DNA of 20,791 bases from Macrostomum lignano (Eukaryota). The notes below the pieces were generated by a model. That model was not told where the DNA came from. It did not search any database and worked only from the letters and a program-made list of their open reading frames with translations. The stretch's first letter is position 1. Every line of letters starts with the position of its first letter. The stretch is from positions 1 to 20,791 of the forward strand of contig NIVC01002365.1 in assembly GCA_002269645.1 (NCBI GenBank), read 5' to 3'. A program made the translations under genes and the position numbers. Positions 18,420 to 20,791 of the stretch are shown here, one piece after another.

Positions 18420-20748
18420 TCAAAGCTTTGGCTGGAACAAAAACTCAATTTTTTTTCTGGCAGCCAGGCCGGCACTCAGGGCGGTCACTGCGCAGCCCAG
18501 CGATGCATTCGAATGCAGCAGGTAAATCTGAAAAATCAATAGTGCGCTTTCAAATCGAATGCTTGGTGAATTCTGTTAAACTTTTAAGAGAGGGGTTGGC
18601 AAACTTCGGCCCGCGAAGCCTCTCTTATCTGAGCCTCGGGTCCTGCGAAAATTCACGATAGAAATCCGGTCCGATCAAGGCCTGCGTCTGCTTTTTAGCT
18701 CTCTTCTCTCTAATAATATCTTCTATTTTCTTTCCTATTCTCTTCTCGTCTCTCCTCTCTCGTCTCTCCTCTCTCTTCTATCCTCTCTCCTCCCTTGTCT
18801 CTCGCCTCTCCTCTCTCCTCTCTCCTCTCTTGTCTCTTCTCTCTCCTCTCTCGTCTCTCCTCTCTCCTCTCTCGTCTCTTCTCTCTTCTCTCTCCTCTCT
18901 CCTCTCTCCTCTCTTCTCTCTCCTCTCTCGTCTCTTCTATCTCCTCTTTCATCTCTCTTCTCTCCTCTCTCCTCTCGTCTCCCGCCTCTCCTCTCTGCTA
19001 TTCTCCCTCGTCTCTTCTCTCTCCTATCTCTTCTCTCCTCTCTCGTCTCTTCTCTCTCCTCTTTCATCTCTCTTCTCTCCTCTCTCCTCTATCGTCTTTC
19101 CTCTCATCTCTTCTATCTCCTCTCTTCTCTCCACTCTCCTCTCTCGTCTCTCCTCTCCCTCTCTCCTCTCTCCTCTCTCGTCTCTTGTTTTTCTTCTCTT
19201 CTTTATTCCCTCGCATCTACTTTCTCCTATCTTTCTTCTCTCCTCTCTCCATAGATTCTCTATGTGGCCCTTGAAGTTAATAAAGTTTGCCTTTATATAA
19301 GAACGAAGCGCGGATGGCAATTCTCACCTCAGTTCCGTCTGGCTTAAGTTCGTTCAGCTCGGATTGCAGCAAATCTTGCAGCTGCAACAGAGAGGCAAAC
19401 AAGTTGCCACCGTAAGAAATCGCCATTGATTTGGGAAAAGTGACACCGTAGGAGCACTGGGCAATGGCTATGATGCTGTTTGCAATAGCTCTCGCATTGC
19501 GGCCCACAATGGCCTTACAGATTACAGCGATGCGGGACACATCGGCACGAGACAGGTTCTGGAGATCAAGGAGTCGACCAAGGTTCGCTGCCAGCTCCTC
19601 GTTAGGCGGACTCTTTTCGACATGCAGGGCGTCGAACAAAGTGAATACTTCGAAGCCTTTTGCTTGGTTTAGCGTCCAGTTCTCTCCAGCTGGTGACCAA
19701 GCATCGATCGCATTCGTTTTGATCAGAATGCGAATGCACCTTTCCAACAGGTGGGCAAACACGCGCCAGAGATAATGCACTCCAGTCGGAGCACCGCTTT
19801 CAGCTCATTCATTACACTTTTATCGAAAACATTCGCCAGATCATTGAGTTCGTTATTCTGCCGATGAAGAAGCCAGCCTCCGAGTTGACAACAACGCAGT
19901 GACCGTTACCCGTTGGTCTTCGGAGCAGCAGACGGTTGTCCAAGCTACACACTTCGAGGAAGTCTGGTCAGTTTCCAGGTAGGCCAGGTTGGCGCCAATC
20001 CGGTGGCACAGTACACCGATGGAACAGTCCGCACTGTTTCCGCCAAGAAATGCCTGATAAACGCCTGACAGCAGGGTGCCCACTGCGTATTATCACCGTA
20101 ACGATTTCTACGGTCAGGTCGATTCTCTTGAACGCTTCCTACAAATAATTTTTGGGAGATTTTACTGCACCATCTCTTGACTTCTGCAATTAGTTTTCAG
20201 GAAAATTCAGGCGAACGGAGATTTTTATGTGAACTTAAGCCTCGAGAAGGGAAGAGGAAAGCATAGGAAATGAAACTCGATCACAATTTCTAGAATGAAA
20301 GCATGCACTTGCATGAAACTTCAGTACGAAGTCGCTCCCACAAAGCCGGGCATTTGATAGCCCTTGGAAGCGGTCTGCACCGTTGCGCTGGCCGGCTGCC
20401 GCTGGGCCTCCACCCAGACGTCAAAGCCGGCTGCAACGCCCATGTAGACGGTGGCGGAGCCGCTCGTGCAGCCACCCGGTTGTCAACGAGCATCTGCTTG
20501 ATGCACAGAGCGACAAAGTCGGAGAACTTGCTCATCTGAGCTCGACGAAGCGACGGAGTCAGGACGAAGGCGCGCTCGTCAACCAGATTTAGCGGACTTC
20601 CGCGTTGAGCGACGCAGCACAATGACAGTTTAATGTAGTGATCGGAGCAGCCAAAGTCCATGGCTAAGCACGTGCCCGCGCCGCCGTGGTAAGTCGGCAA
20701 TGTCGGTACGTAGCACCAGCGGACTGGCAGCCTCTGCTGTTTCGCAGC
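18420..20748 (-). CDS. Divergent hexokinase-like gene, last three exons (20748-~20309, 20138-19328, 18527-18420); 5' end outside window; several frame breaks, possibly a pseudogene
   Basis: Ordered matches to hexokinase motifs: CLAMDFG (~FIALDLGG), FSDFVALCI (~LFDHVAECL), ASKGYQMPGFVGA (~WTKGF..GVEGA), VGTLL..CSIGV...GANLAYLE (~VGTMM..CEVGL..GTNACYME), VVNSEAGFF (~CINTEWGAF), LECIISG (~FEKMISG), VICKAIVGRNARAIA (~VCGVVSRRAAQL), SLGCAV (~SGKGAAL); acceptors TTGCAG, TTGTAG, TTTCAG and donor GTGAGA at 19327. Confidence 0.78.
18700..19255. repeat. Degenerate TC/GA microsatellite (polypyrimidine-polypurine tract) in the last hexokinase-like intron
   Basis: About 550 nt almost only C/T on the plus strand, built of TCTCCTC / TCTCGTC units. 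Confidence 0.95.
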
Positions 20749-20791
20749 CTGCAATTTACAGGATTTAATTCCGATAGTTATTGAACAACAG

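Noticed and set aside
18420-18431. C-terminal PKL as a peroxisomal PTS1 on the hexokinase-like protein
   Set aside because: Non-canonical tripeptide, and the frame depends on an A8 run prone to error
18710-19320. Long E/R-rich and S/L-rich ORFs
   Set aside because: Artefacts of the TC/GA microsatellite lying in a predicted intron
8390-20480. Insertional RNA editing as the cause of the -1 breaks
   Set aside because: Homopolymer context and occurrence in both a transposon and a host gene make sequencing deletions far more parsimonious; not excluded without reads

Overview
Eukaryotic (probably invertebrate animal; not determinable here) genomic DNA dominated by one ~15.0 kb Ty3/gypsy-type LTR retroelement on the minus strand (3217-18175). 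It has ~96% identical TG...CA LTRs, a tRNA-Glu primer-binding site and a PPT, but no target-site duplication. Its gene order is unusual: gag (two CCHC knuckles) runs in frame into a herpesvirus-gB-like class III fusion glycoprotein (internal signal peptide, Thr-rich mucin insert between two furin sites, TM anchor), and only then come protease-RT-RNaseH-integrase, i.e. gag-ENV-pol. After pol there is an unknown 318-aa ORF and an antisense 86-aa TM/Cys-rich protein. Left flank: ~30-nt minisatellite and a possible Helitron 3' end. Right flank: three exons of a very divergent hexokinase-like gene with a TC-rich intron. Nearly all reading-frame breaks in the window are repaired by adding one base, which suggests assembly deletion errors rather than decay. 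All homology calls are by-eye motif comparisons, not database searches.
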